Both the position numbers and the translations under genes were made by a program. Source: an uncultured Candidatus Bathyarchaeia archaeon (GTDB lineage Archaea; Thermoproteota; Bathyarchaeia; 40CM-2-53-6; DTGE01). Taken from it: DNA of 34,344 nucleotides. The notes beneath the pieces are model-generated. The model was given only the letters and a program-made list of their open reading frames with translations, did no database searches and was not told where the DNA came from. Where the stretch lies: positions 1-34,344 of the forward strand of contig CAZAXO010000003.1 in NCBI GenBank assembly GCA_964489085.1, in the 5' to 3' direction. This document shows, piece by piece, positions 1 through 8,496 of the stretch. Every line of letters starts with the position of its first letter. Within the stretch, counting starts at the first letter, position 1.

Positions 1-2
1 AA

Positions 3-284
3 ATTAACGTAAAAAAAGCTTTCTTACTATCAAAAGGACTTGAATACTTAACCAAGGATGAATTTGACTTAGTATTACTCGATATCGATCTGCCTGACAG
101 CAAAGGATTGTCTGCGATCTCTAAAATCTATGAACAGACAAAGAATACTCCTATTGTAGCAGTGACCGACCTCTATAATAAAGAGTTAGCTGTCGAAGGT
201 GTGAAAAAGGGATACGTGAAAGACTATCTTATCAAACCAGTAGATACTGATAAATTAATTCATGTAGTAAAATCTTTTATGTAA
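3..284 (+). CDS. Response regulator receiver (REC) domain, 5'-truncated by window edge
   Basis: Not in ORF track. Manual translation ...FDLVLLDIDLPDSKGL...TPIVAVT...DYLIKPVD...FM* has the phosphoacceptor D, conserved T and KP of REC domains; TAA at 282-284. Confidence 0.9.
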   Translation: MNVKKAFLLSKGLEYLTKDEFDLVLLDIDLPDSKGLSAISKIYEQTKNTPIVAVTDLYNKELAVEGVKKGYVKDYLIKPVDTDKLIHVVKSFM

Positions 285-470
285 TTTGAGCGAGCGAAAC
301 GAGCTGTCTGGTCTCCTTTAAAATTAAACACTAAACTATTATTGACTGGTACACTAATCTAATTTTGATACTATATCTGAGAAAAGGGAACGCTAAAAAT
401 TATCTAAATTTGATGAACCATAGAAGTATTCATGAAATCAAATATCCAAGTAAAAGAGAAGAGGTAATCG

Positions 471-2576
471 TTACACTTTAGCAACAATATTTGTGGATAA
501 TTTTTGTAACTCTCTTTCAATAAGCTTAACCTCTTTATGGTCAAGTGCTTCACTAAAGAGTGGTGCTAGGAAGATAGAGCCATTCTGCTCAAAACGATTC
601 CGGGTAATCTGTAGAAAGTGAAGAAACGAATCAAACCCGTGATTTGTAATTAAATACTCGAAGCCGTCAAGCAGTACAATACTCTCTTTCGCTTTATCCA
701 GAAATTCACTAAGTAAAATAGAGATGTCCTGAAGCGAGTAAATCGTCTTCTCTCCCTCAACCTTCTCCTCACTTAACCAGAGAATCGGTGTCTTCTCTAA
801 ACCATACTTTTCCCTGATTTTCGGTGGAAATGTGCGAGTAACGCAGAGTCCTTCAACTCCGCTGAGAACAGAGTCAACAAAAACCTCAAACGACTTCTCG
901 ACGTTATTTAAAATTAAATAGGAGTTGCTGGACTCCAGCTTAAATCGTCTATCCACTACTTTATCGATCTCTTTTACGGGTACAACCTGGATACTCTGCA
1001 GCTCAAACAATGTTGAAACAAGCTCAGCGTAAAGACTTAAACCAGATAAGTCGCTATCACTTAAGACCTGTTCTTTCCGATTCCCCAAGCATAGCATACC
1101 ATACTTCTTTTGTCCAAAATTAATCGGAGCAGAGTGAATACTTGTCATACTAAAAATACTCTTGTTGTTTTCACCCACTATCGCAGAGAGGCCCTTTTTA
1201 GAAAGGTATGATTGTACTTCAATATACTCGGTATCAAAGGGAAACCGTTCAGCAACATGGTTACCTTTTACTTTGCTTTTGAATCCTCGAACCTGGATAC
1301 TTTTGGCATCGTGGTCGACAAGTAAAACCGCACCAATATCCATCTGATAATCATCGATAACTCTATTGAGAAGTAAATTCAATCCTGATGATATATCAGG
1401 GGATCTCCTCAACTTCTCCCTAATTCGTGTTATCATCTCCATCCGCTTACGCTGCGTAATATCCTCTTCAATACCCACTAGAAAGCATATGTTCTCTTTC
1501 TCGTCTCGTAGAGGAGCCATACGACAATGCATGATATGACGGTTACCCGTTACATCCGTTTCAATTTGCTCAGCAATATCCAGGATCTCACTCGTCTCAA
1601 ATACTCGCATATCCTGTTTCTTAAAAAGATCCGCTTCCTCTTGTGGTTGAAGATCATAATCAGTCTTCCCAATAACGTCTCCTTTAGCTCTACCATTAAA
1701 CTCGCAATATGCTTTGTTCACTAACACATACCGAAGGTTACGGTCTTTAATATAGACGGGTTCTGGGAGATTCTCGATGATGGTCTCCATAAACAGTTTC
1801 GCTTCATTCAATTCCTCTTCTAAACGTTTCTTTGCAGTAATATCTTGAACCGTGCCGATCATCCGCATTGGCTGACGATCATTAGCGAAAAAGACCTCAC
1901 CCTGCTCATGAACGATACGTTCTGAACCATCGGGTAATAGAATCCGATGATCAATACTGTATGGTTCTTCTCCAGACAACGCCTTCTCAATAGAGTCCTT
2001 CACCAACGCTCGATCATCAGGGTGAACACAGCTTAGAAATGCTTCATAGGTTACCACAAATTTTTGTGGAGTAAATCCGAAGATACGGTAGATCTCATCA
2101 GACCAATACACCTCATCTGCTTCAATGTTCCAATCCCAATTCCCTAGGTGAGCGATTCGCTGAGCTTCAATAAGGCTCTCCTGGCTTTTCCATAACCGTT
2201 CCTCAATCACTTTCTTTTCGGTGATGTCGACAATGATCGTGTGAAAACCCACAAGTCTACCATTCAGCTTGTAGCGTGTTGGCTTTGTCCAGATATGACG
2301 TGTACCCCCATCTCGTCGAACGACACGAAGCTCTAACTCTCGAGGATGTCTCCGTAGAGGAATAATATTAAGAAACAAAGAGAAAATCTTTTTCTTATCT
2401 TGCGGATGAATAAAATCTTTAAAGGATCGACCCATTAATTCATCGATGGAATACCCGAGCAACTCTGCTAACGCTTGATTAACATAAGTTAATTTACCTT
2501 TCAGGTCGCTTATGGCTACCGCTGTCCCACATCCCTCGACGAGGCTACGAAATTTCTGCTCAGCTTCACTTAACAT
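471..2576 (-). CDS. Multi-PAS/GAF sensor protein with C-terminal DUF835 (KaiC/RecA-like) domain
   Basis: Three PAS/PAC repeats (YVNQALAELLGY; GNWDWNI...WSDEIYRIFG; YIKDRNLRYVLVNKA), a GAF-like segment, and C-terminal GLCVTRTFP...PILWLS...VLLDGFEYLI typical of DUF835. No HisKA/HATPase motifs. Confidence 0.85.
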   Translation of the reverse strand: MLSEAEQKFRSLVEGCGTAVAISDLKGKLTYVNQALAELLGYSIDELMGRSFKDFIHPQDKKKIFSLFLNIIPLRRHPRELELRVVRRDGGTRHIWTKPTRYKLNGRLVGFHTIIVDITEKKVIEERLWKSQESLIEAQRIAHLGNWDWNIEADEVYWSDEIYRIFGFTPQKFVVTYEAFLSCVHPDDRALVKDSIEKALSGEEPYSIDHRILLPDGSERIVHEQGEVFFANDRQPMRMIGTVQDITAKKRLEEELNEAKLFMETIIENLPEPVYIKDRNLRYVLVNKAYCEFNGRAKGDVIGKTDYDLQPQEEADLFKKQDMRVFETSEILDIAEQIETDVTGNRHIMHCRMAPLRDEKENICFLVGIEEDITQRKRMEMITRIREKLRRSPDISSGLNLLLNRVIDDYQMDIGAVLLVDHDAKSIQVRGFKSKVKGNHVAERFPFDTEYIEVQSYLSKKGLSAIVGENNKSIFSMTSIHSAPINFGQKKYGMLCLGNRKEQVLSDSDLSGLSLYAELVSTLFELQSIQVVPVKEIDKVVDRRFKLESSNSYLILNNVEKSFEVFVDSVLSGVEGLCVTRTFPPKIREKYGLEKTPILWLSEEKVEGEKTIYSLQDISILLSEFLDKAKESIVLLDGFEYLITNHGFDSFLHFLQITRNRFEQNGSIFLAPLFSEALDHKEVKLIERELQKLSTNIVAKV

Positions 2577-2793
2577 CGTTGTTTCTGTGTTTAAAACACG
2601 TATGATAAGTTCTTTCGTATTTATTATAATCTAGTGTAACTAGTTTCTTAGGTATGCTGATACATAGGAAACTATAGCCAGCTACAAGTATGAAAACTCA
2701 TAAAAAAATAGAACTGGATGAGTATACTGTTCACTATACAGATAAGTCAGTAACAACAATGAAATATTGATAATAGTAAGATACTTTGAGGTT

Positions 2794-2928
2794 ATGCGAT
2801 CGGTTAAGATATGTAAATACTGTTTTGAAGTCAATGAGCTTGAACAGGAACTATGTGAGGGATGTGGAGCGGCACTGCCTAAGGATGGATACCCTGTTTT
2901 CTCTGAATCAATAAAAGCTTCGAGCTGA
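2794..2928 (+). CDS. 44-aa zinc-ribbon microprotein
   Basis: Below ORF-track cutoff. MRSVKICKYCFEVNELEQELCEGCGAALPKDGYPVFSESIKASS*, CxxC-x10-CxxCG; GAGGT just upstream of ATG; stop abuts the convergent gene end at 2930. Confidence 0.7.
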   Translation: MRSVKICKYCFEVNELEQELCEGCGAALPKDGYPVFSESIKASS

Positions 2929-2929
2929 A

Positions 2930-4357
2930 TTAACTATCTAGCTGTGTCTGTGAGGTGTTAGCTACTTTTTTTCTTAGTATTATAAGCAGGATTGATGCGA
3001 GGAGGAACCCTACTAGTAGGGAAGGCGAAGAAAAGCCTGGTACTGGAGGTGAAGGCGTAGTCGTCGTAGCTATGGTTTCCAAGGTTTCTGTTGAGGAGGT
3101 TTCTGTTAGCGTAGACGTGGATTCGGGTGGCTCTGAGGTTTCAGTGGTTGCTGTTGTAGAGGTTACTGTTGAAATCATTTCACCAGTTGGAGATAATGCT
3201 CCCACTTTTCCTGTTGACCACTCACTAAACCATATATTTCCGTCCATGTCGATAGCCAACCGCCAAGGATGACTATCAGCAGTAGGAACAGGATATTCAC
3301 TGAACGTATTCGATGTTGGATCCAACTTACCTATCTTATTTCCATCAAACTCAGAAAACCAGACCATCCCCGACTCGTCAATCACCAAACAGATCGGTCT
3401 ACCATCAGGTGTAGGAACAATCCACTCCGTCACCGTCAACGATTCAGGCTCCAGTTTACCGATGATGCCTTGTGAAGGCTCTGCTCCTACCGTTGCTGTA
3501 TACCAGACATTTCCTTCCGAATCAACCGTTACATGAGTGACCACCGTCCATTCTGTAGGCAAGGTGTAGATGTGAATTGAATCGTCACCCATCAGCCTCC
3601 CTATATAATCGTCAGCTGTGCTATACCAGAAACCCATACTATCAGCAACGATATTACTCGGCATACCTTCTAACAGATTCCACTCCGTGAAAGGACCAGA
3701 TACCACTGGAGGAGTAGCAACGATGGGAGGCGGTAAATGCGGATCGCCTGGCGTAACGGTTGGAGTGACCACAGTAACTTCAGGCTCCACTGTGTTGAAG
3801 CTTGGAGACACTGTTGCATTCGATCGAGAGGCTGGAAAGAGATGGGTAAATGTTGAATCATCAAGTTGAAGTCGACCCATCTTATCCCCATCTTTTTCGA
3901 TGAACGTTACCGATGGGGGTGCATCGATAAAGAAATGGGGAAAGGTGATTCCAGCTGGTGTGCTGCTGTCTGTTGGCACCGTTTCAGTGGAGACCTGATC
4001 CGTACCTGATAAAAGTTTCCCTATCTTGTTTCCTGCATAATCGGTGAAATAGGCACTGTCCTCAAACACTAGTAAATAATCTGCAGTCTGGGCACCGTCA
4101 TCCTCATTATAGACAAACCATTCGATAAAAGTATTCGTTGGCGGATCTATTCTTCCAATCCTTGCATTAGCACAGGCGTACCAGATCTGATTGGTCAATC
4201 GATCAGCAACTATTCCGAGGGGACCTGCACCGTCAGGTAATTCCCATTCAGTGAATCCCGCATCTTGAGCGTTAACAGGTACCAGAAGCATAGTTGAAGA
4301 TACAATAAGATACAGTACAAGGATTATGGTGGAAATTCCAATGTGAATCTTCACCAT
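2930..4357 (-). CDS. Secreted/surface Vgb (virginiamycin B lyase)-like beta-propeller protein with Thr-rich stalk and PGF-type C-terminal anchor
   Basis: Signal peptide; propeller repeats (G.VWFSE..GNKIGKLDP, EY.VPT.DS.P); T/S/E-rich linker; VPGF + hydrophobic helix + RKK. Confidence 0.8.
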   Translation of the reverse strand: MVKIHIGISTIILVLYLIVSSTMLLVPVNAQDAGFTEWELPDGAGPLGIVADRLTNQIWYACANARIGRIDPPTNTFIEWFVYNEDDGAQTADYLLVFEDSAYFTDYAGNKIGKLLSGTDQVSTETVPTDSSTPAGITFPHFFIDAPPSVTFIEKDGDKMGRLQLDDSTFTHLFPASRSNATVSPSFNTVEPEVTVVTPTVTPGDPHLPPPIVATPPVVSGPFTEWNLLEGMPSNIVADSMGFWYSTADDYIGRLMGDDSIHIYTLPTEWTVVTHVTVDSEGNVWYTATVGAEPSQGIIGKLEPESLTVTEWIVPTPDGRPICLVIDESGMVWFSEFDGNKIGKLDPTSNTFSEYPVPTADSHPWRLAIDMDGNIWFSEWSTGKVGALSPTGEMISTVTSTTATTETSEPPESTSTLTETSSTETLETIATTTTPSPPVPGFSSPSLLVGFLLASILLIILRKKVANTSQTQLDS

Positions 4358-4541
4358 ACAAGACTCTACTCCTACTTTATAGAAATACTATTGAGATCCA
4401 ATAATAAGCTTTATCTACCATAGTATTGACACCAAATTAGAAAGGATTTAACTAGTGAATTATGTATTATTTCTTTCTTCAAATTCTCTTTGAAGTTCCT
4501 TATCAAGCTGTTCTTTTAACGAAAAGAATTTCTTGAATCTA

Positions 4542-5708
4542 TTATTCTACTTTTTCTCCACAGGCAGCACAGAAAGTTTTACCAGGTGTCAACGGTTCTC
4601 CACAGTTCACACAATACCGTGTAGAAGCCTGTGGTTGCTGAGAAGACGATCGTCTTCTCATCAGTGCTATAACCAGGATGATTGCAATGACGGCGAGAAC
4701 GCCTATTATCAGATAAGTTTGAAGTCTCCTCTCGCTTTCTTCTCCTTGAATATTCAGTTCCTCTTCTCTTTGACGTTGCTCTTCCTCTTCCCTCATCATC
4801 TGTTCTTCCTCTTGCTGTTGATGCTCCTCTTCTTCTCTTTGACGTTGCTCTTCCTCTTCCCTCATCCGCTGCTCTTCATCTAATTGTCTCTGCTCATCCT
4901 CTTCATTGGGGTGATCGTCAGGAAATGTTTCTTCTGGAGGCAACTCCTCAGGTGGAGGCTCTTCAGGGAGAGGTTCTTCTCCAGGACCTTCTAACACGAC
5001 TAAGTTAGCTGCTGCCTGATGAACGACACTATAAGCTTCACCGATGACTTCAACGTGATAAGTTCCTGGAGACGTGCTAGGTGAAGTGGAGATATCGAGA
5101 TCACCACTTGGCGTAGAATGCCAGTTGATGCCTGAGCCAATAGGAGGCACCTGAAGATTGATTACTGTCCCACTGAATGATGGGTCACTATAGGAGAGGT
5201 GGATATGATAGTGTGCTGTGTCTCCCCTCTCAACTTCAAGTAGAGGAGGTGAAAGAGTTATGGTGAAATCGAATCCTGGTGATGTGGGCATAGGGACAGG
5301 AGTAACTACATCGAGAGTAACCGTCACGTCTTGGGTGGTGGGTCCCGGGTAGGGATCACCCTGAGGATAGGCTGATACATGGAGGGTATACGTGCCAGTA
5401 GGTTTAGTTGGGTTAATCTGCACGTTCATTGTCGAGGTGAAGGGAGCGGTGCCGCTGCTAGGTGAAAAAGAAACCGTTATGTCAGGTTCAGGAGGAGAAT
5501 ATATTAATTGAATTAGTTGTGGATTAGCCCCAGAAATGGAGATGGTATATTGTGTTGCCCCACCTGGCTCAGCGACCCTATTAGGCGGGTTTATGGAAAC
5601 AGTCCAGAACGCATTCACTTTAGGTATCGATACGTTGAAGAAAATCCCCACTAGGAATAGTATGATCAGAAGTACGGCACTTCTCTTTATCAAGATCTTA
5701 CCATGCAA
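4542..5708 (-). CDS. Single-pass membrane protein: Ig-like extracellular domains, Pro/Glu and charged stalk, TM, cytoplasmic zinc ribbon
   Basis: Signal peptide; two beta-rich repeats (VSFSPSSGTAPFTSTMNV...GTYTLHVSA; GTYHVEVIG); EEEEQRQREEE repeats; TM LIIGVLAVIAIILVIAL; C-terminal YCVNCG...FCAACG. Confidence 0.8.
   Translation of the reverse strand: MHGKILIKRSAVLLIILFLVGIFFNVSIPKVNAFWTVSINPPNRVAEPGGATQYTISISGANPQLIQLIYSPPEPDITVSFSPSSGTAPFTSTMNVQINPTKPTGTYTLHVSAYPQGDPYPGPTTQDVTVTLDVVTPVPMPTSPGFDFTITLSPPLLEVERGDTAHYHIHLSYSDPSFSGTVINLQVPPIGSGINWHSTPSGDLDISTSPSTSPGTYHVEVIGEAYSVVHQAAANLVVLEGPGEEPLPEEPPPEELPPEETFPDDHPNEEDEQRQLDEEQRMREEEEQRQREEEEHQQQEEEQMMREEEEQRQREEELNIQGEESERRLQTYLIIGVLAVIAIILVIALMRRRSSSQQPQASTRYCVNCGEPLTPGKTFCAACGEKVE
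4762..4866. repeat. 36-bp direct repeat (4762-4797, 4831-4866) encoding a duplicated MREEEEQRQREE segment
   Basis: TCTTCTCTTTGACGTTGCTCTTCCTCTTCCCTCATC read twice, 69 nt apart (in frame). Confidence 0.85.
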
Positions 5709-6057
5709 GTTTAATCCTCGTACAATTGATCGATTATGGTAATACTATTTTTAAAATTAGTATAATCAAGCTTTTTGTAACTGTGCATTTCAGTATTTTG
5801 TCACAAAATCAAGTTAGTGAAGACTTGTTTTTATGCTCTATTTATTGCAAATAGTTGATTATGTTAGGAAATACATCTACACAAAAAAGCATTTGTAGCT
5901 AGTCAGCTTCTTTATTACCTTACTCTTCAGTCTGTTTTTGGTAGATCTCTATTTGGTTAGGTACGGTTACACATTACTTATGTGGTGAGAAATTGTCTGT
6001 CTTAATCGTGGAGGTTGCTGATAAGCTTTGATAACCGAGGAATCTAACTATACTGTT

Positions 6058-6177
6058 ATGTATCATAATAGCACTAATGGGAAGGTTGCGTGTTGTGAGA
6101 TCTGTAGGGAAGAGCTAGCGTATTTATCTGAAGTGAAGAAGAAGTACTGTTATAACTGTAGCATCTTCTATGAATGA
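6058..6177 (+). CDS. 39-aa zinc-finger microprotein (alternative TTG start at 6028)
   Basis: Below cutoff. MYHNSTNGKVACCEICREELAYLSEVKKKYCYNCSIFYE*, CxxC-x14-CxxC; GGAGGT at 6010-6015 precedes the in-frame TTG at 6028. Confidence 0.65.
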   Translation: MYHNSTNGKVACCEICREELAYLSEVKKKYCYNCSIFYE

Positions 6178-6292
6178 GAATAGCCACGATAGCTAGCTAA
6201 GGAGCAATCAAATCAGTTTCTATGATTAATATATTTGAGTTACAAAAGTCCAATATACTGTTGCCTAAAAGTCATTAGTTGGTCGAAAGTTA

Positions 6293-6643
6293 ATGAATTG
6301 TGAGTTAATTATTGAATCGTTAAAGAATATACCGCTGATGATAGCTTTTGGAGTTCTCGATAAGGATGGTAATGTACTGGATTGCCGAGTTACAGGTACG
6401 TTTCCGAAGGAGAAGCTTCGTGATATATACGCTAAAGAGTTGAATATACTGCACACTACTCAATCCGTATTTGGAGGTTTAAAATATCGATTATTGGCAT
6501 TTGAAAAAATGAGTCAGATCTTATATGTGTATGATGAATGTTATATCGTGGCTTCTTCAGCTAATCCTCCTGAATTACTTTTAAAATATGTTGAGAATGC
6601 AATCAAAGATGTTGAAGCACATAAGCTACAAGTCAATCAATGA
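6293..6643 (+). CDS. Small roadblock/LC7- or profilin-like fold protein
   Basis: 116 aa; helix, FGVLDKDGNVL hairpin, long helix, FGGLKYRLLAFEK, strands, C-terminal helix. This pattern fits a roadblock-type fold (inference). Confidence 0.6.
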   Translation: MNCELIIESLKNIPLMIAFGVLDKDGNVLDCRVTGTFPKEKLRDIYAKELNILHTTQSVFGGLKYRLLAFEKMSQILYVYDECYIVASSANPPELLLKYVENAIKDVEAHKLQVNQ

Positions 6644-6726
6644 GGTAGCTAACCTACGTCAACGTTGGTTACTGTCTCTTCAGATTTACTACAGAATATA
6701 AAAAGAGGATACCACATAGAGACAGA

Positions 6727-6748
6727 TGGTAGCCCAGGGGAGATTCAA
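6727..6748 (-). other. tRNA 3'-end remnant, tRNA-Gln-like
   Basis: Minus strand TTGAAT CTCCC CTGGGCT A CCA: partial T-loop, 3' T-stem, acceptor 3' strand and CCA. No 5' half upstream. Confidence 0.7.
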
Positions 6749-6794
6749 TTTTATTTAAAACAATAGATAATTTAGTATGGTTTAGAACCCTTAT

Positions 6795-6820
6795 GGGTTT
6801 GAGTCCCGCCCGGTCCATCA
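6795..6820 (+). other. tRNA 3'-end remnant, tRNA-Ala-like
   Basis: GGG TTTGAGT CCCGC CCGGTCC A TCA; CCGGTCC is the archaeal tRNA-Ala acceptor strand carrying U70; CCA decayed to TCA. Confidence 0.7.
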
Positions 6821-6945
6821 AAAACAGCAAGTTTGAATCTTTGTCGATTCACAACATTTATGCTCCTAGAATAGATCCTTTTTTGATTGTTTTCTTTTTT
6901 TAAGTAAAAGACCAATTCTACAAAAATCATCCTAGGAAAGTCTTC

Positions 6946-6970
6946 TGGTATGGGGGTGGGACCCAACCCC
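6946..6970 (-). other. Degenerate tRNA 3'-end remnant, tRNA-Leu-like
   Basis: Minus strand GGGGTTGGGT CCCAC CCCCAT A CCA resembles ...GGGTTCAAATCCCACCCCCCGCACCA with several mismatches. Confidence 0.4.
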
Positions 6971-7114
6971 AATTTACCGGTAAAAACAAACCCCTAATCA
7001 CTTAGCTAGTAGATTGATTCAGTTACTTAGTATTACACGAGATTAACTAATAAATACATACCTAATAACTTGATAGTTAATATTCTAGTATTTTCAACTA
7101 TTATAAGCTAGCAA

Positions 7115-8470
7115 GTGGATGGAGAAGATTTGCCGAATTTAAAACGGAATGTAGGATTACTAGGTGCGACTTCAATTGGAGTCGCGAATATCATAGGAGC
7201 AGGTATCTTTGTTGTTAGTGGAGTTGCAGCTGGCTTAGCTGGACCCTCAGTTATTCTTTCTTTCCTTATAGCTGGAGGCATCGCATTGTTGACTGCTCTT
7301 TCTTCAGCAGAACTTTCTTCTTTTATCACTGAAACAGGAGCAAGTTACGCATTTACTAAGAGAGCCTTTGGTAGATTCACTGGATTTTTAGTTGGATGGT
7401 TTAAGTACTTTGATTATATTGTAGGAGCTGCAGCTGTCTCGGTTGGTTTCGCTGCATACTTTACAGAACTTTTCAGATTACTGGGCCCTCTTCCGTTGAT
7501 TCTTTCTGCAATGTGTCTTCCTCTTGTCTTCACAATTCTTAATTTGTTTGGAGTAAGAGAAAGTGCTTATGCAACTTCTATTATGGTATTGATAAAAGTT
7601 TTTGCCCTCATTCTCTTGATGATGGTGGGAGGCTATTATCTAGTTCATTCTTTCAGTATAGCTAGCTTCGCACCGTTTTTTCCCAAAGGTGTTGATGGAA
7701 CATTAAATGGAACAGCAGTTATATTTTTTGCATTTCTTGGCTTCAATACGGTCTCTATGATGTCAGAAGAAACTAAAAATCCACAAAAAACCATTCCCAA
7801 AGCGTTACTTCTGGCTTTTGTTATTACTTTTATTCTTTATGTGAGTATCGCGTTTTTTGAGATAGGCATATTAAATTGGCAACAATTAGGAGGAAGCGCA
7901 TCACCTCTTTATGATCTCGCTAAAGCGGTTTCTAATAATAGCGTATTCCTTGATTTCATCTCTTTCTCAGCGTTAATAGCCACAGGATCAGTTGTTTTAA
8001 GTTCAATTATTGGAGGAACACGAGCAAGCTATGCTATGGGAAGAGACGGCGTTCTACCTCAACAGTTAGATAGAATCAGTAAACGATTCGGAACACCTTA
8101 TATCTCAGTAATGTGTGGAGGATTACTCGTTATTCTTCTATCTGGAGTTTTTTATAGTAGAATTGAGCTTATTGCTTCGATTGTGAATTTCGGAAGCCTC
8201 TTCACCTACATGTTTGTTCATCTTTCTTTGCTTAAACTACGAAGAAGTGAACCCACAGCTAAGCGATTCTTCAAAGTGCCGTTATATCCAATTGTTCCGA
8301 TTAGTGGAGCACTAAGTTGCATTTTTTTAATGTATTATTTAAGCAGAAATGCAAAGATCGCTTCAGCTCTTTGGTTTCTTGTTGGATTAGGTGTATTTAT
8401 AGTAATGACTAGAAAACAAATAAAAAAGAAGTTAGTTAAATATCGTCTTGGCAGAACTCATGATAATTAG
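7115..8470 (+). CDS. APC-family amino acid permease
   Basis: About 12 hydrophobic segments; IIGAGIF in TM1, FFAFLGF...EETKNPQKTIP in TM6, RFGTPY. Confidence 0.92.
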   Translation: MDGEDLPNLKRNVGLLGATSIGVANIIGAGIFVVSGVAAGLAGPSVILSFLIAGGIALLTALSSAELSSFITETGASYAFTKRAFGRFTGFLVGWFKYFDYIVGAAAVSVGFAAYFTELFRLLGPLPLILSAMCLPLVFTILNLFGVRESAYATSIMVLIKVFALILLMMVGGYYLVHSFSIASFAPFFPKGVDGTLNGTAVIFFAFLGFNTVSMMSEETKNPQKTIPKALLLAFVITFILYVSIAFFEIGILNWQQLGGSASPLYDLAKAVSNNSVFLDFISFSALIATGSVVLSSIIGGTRASYAMGRDGVLPQQLDRISKRFGTPYISVMCGGLLVILLSGVFYSRIELIASIVNFGSLFTYMFVHLSLLKLRRSEPTAKRFFKVPLYPIVPISGALSCIFLMYYLSRNAKIASALWFLVGLGVFIVMTRKQIKKKLVKYRLGRTHDN

Positions 8471-8496
8471 TTCCAGAGAGAAGGTGATCGTTTTAG

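Noticed and set aside
288-304. GAGCGAGCGAAACGAGC after the REC stop, reminiscent of REP-like or mobile-element end motifs
   Set aside because: Single short copy, with no partner or transposase seen.
2690-2770. 26-aa ORF MKTHKKIELDEYTVHYTDKSVTTMKY
   Set aside because: No motif or RBS; this length arises by chance.
4762-4866. 36-bp repeat pair with a 33-bp spacer resembling a mini CRISPR array
   Set aside because: Only two copies, in frame inside a CDS, the spacer is the same low-complexity sequence, and no cas genes are present.
6727-6970. Intact, split or permuted tRNA genes
   Set aside because: No D-arm or anticodon halves and no complementary leader or BHB motif found by eye; kept only as 3' remnants. 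The ORF 6772-6972 across them is likely spurious.
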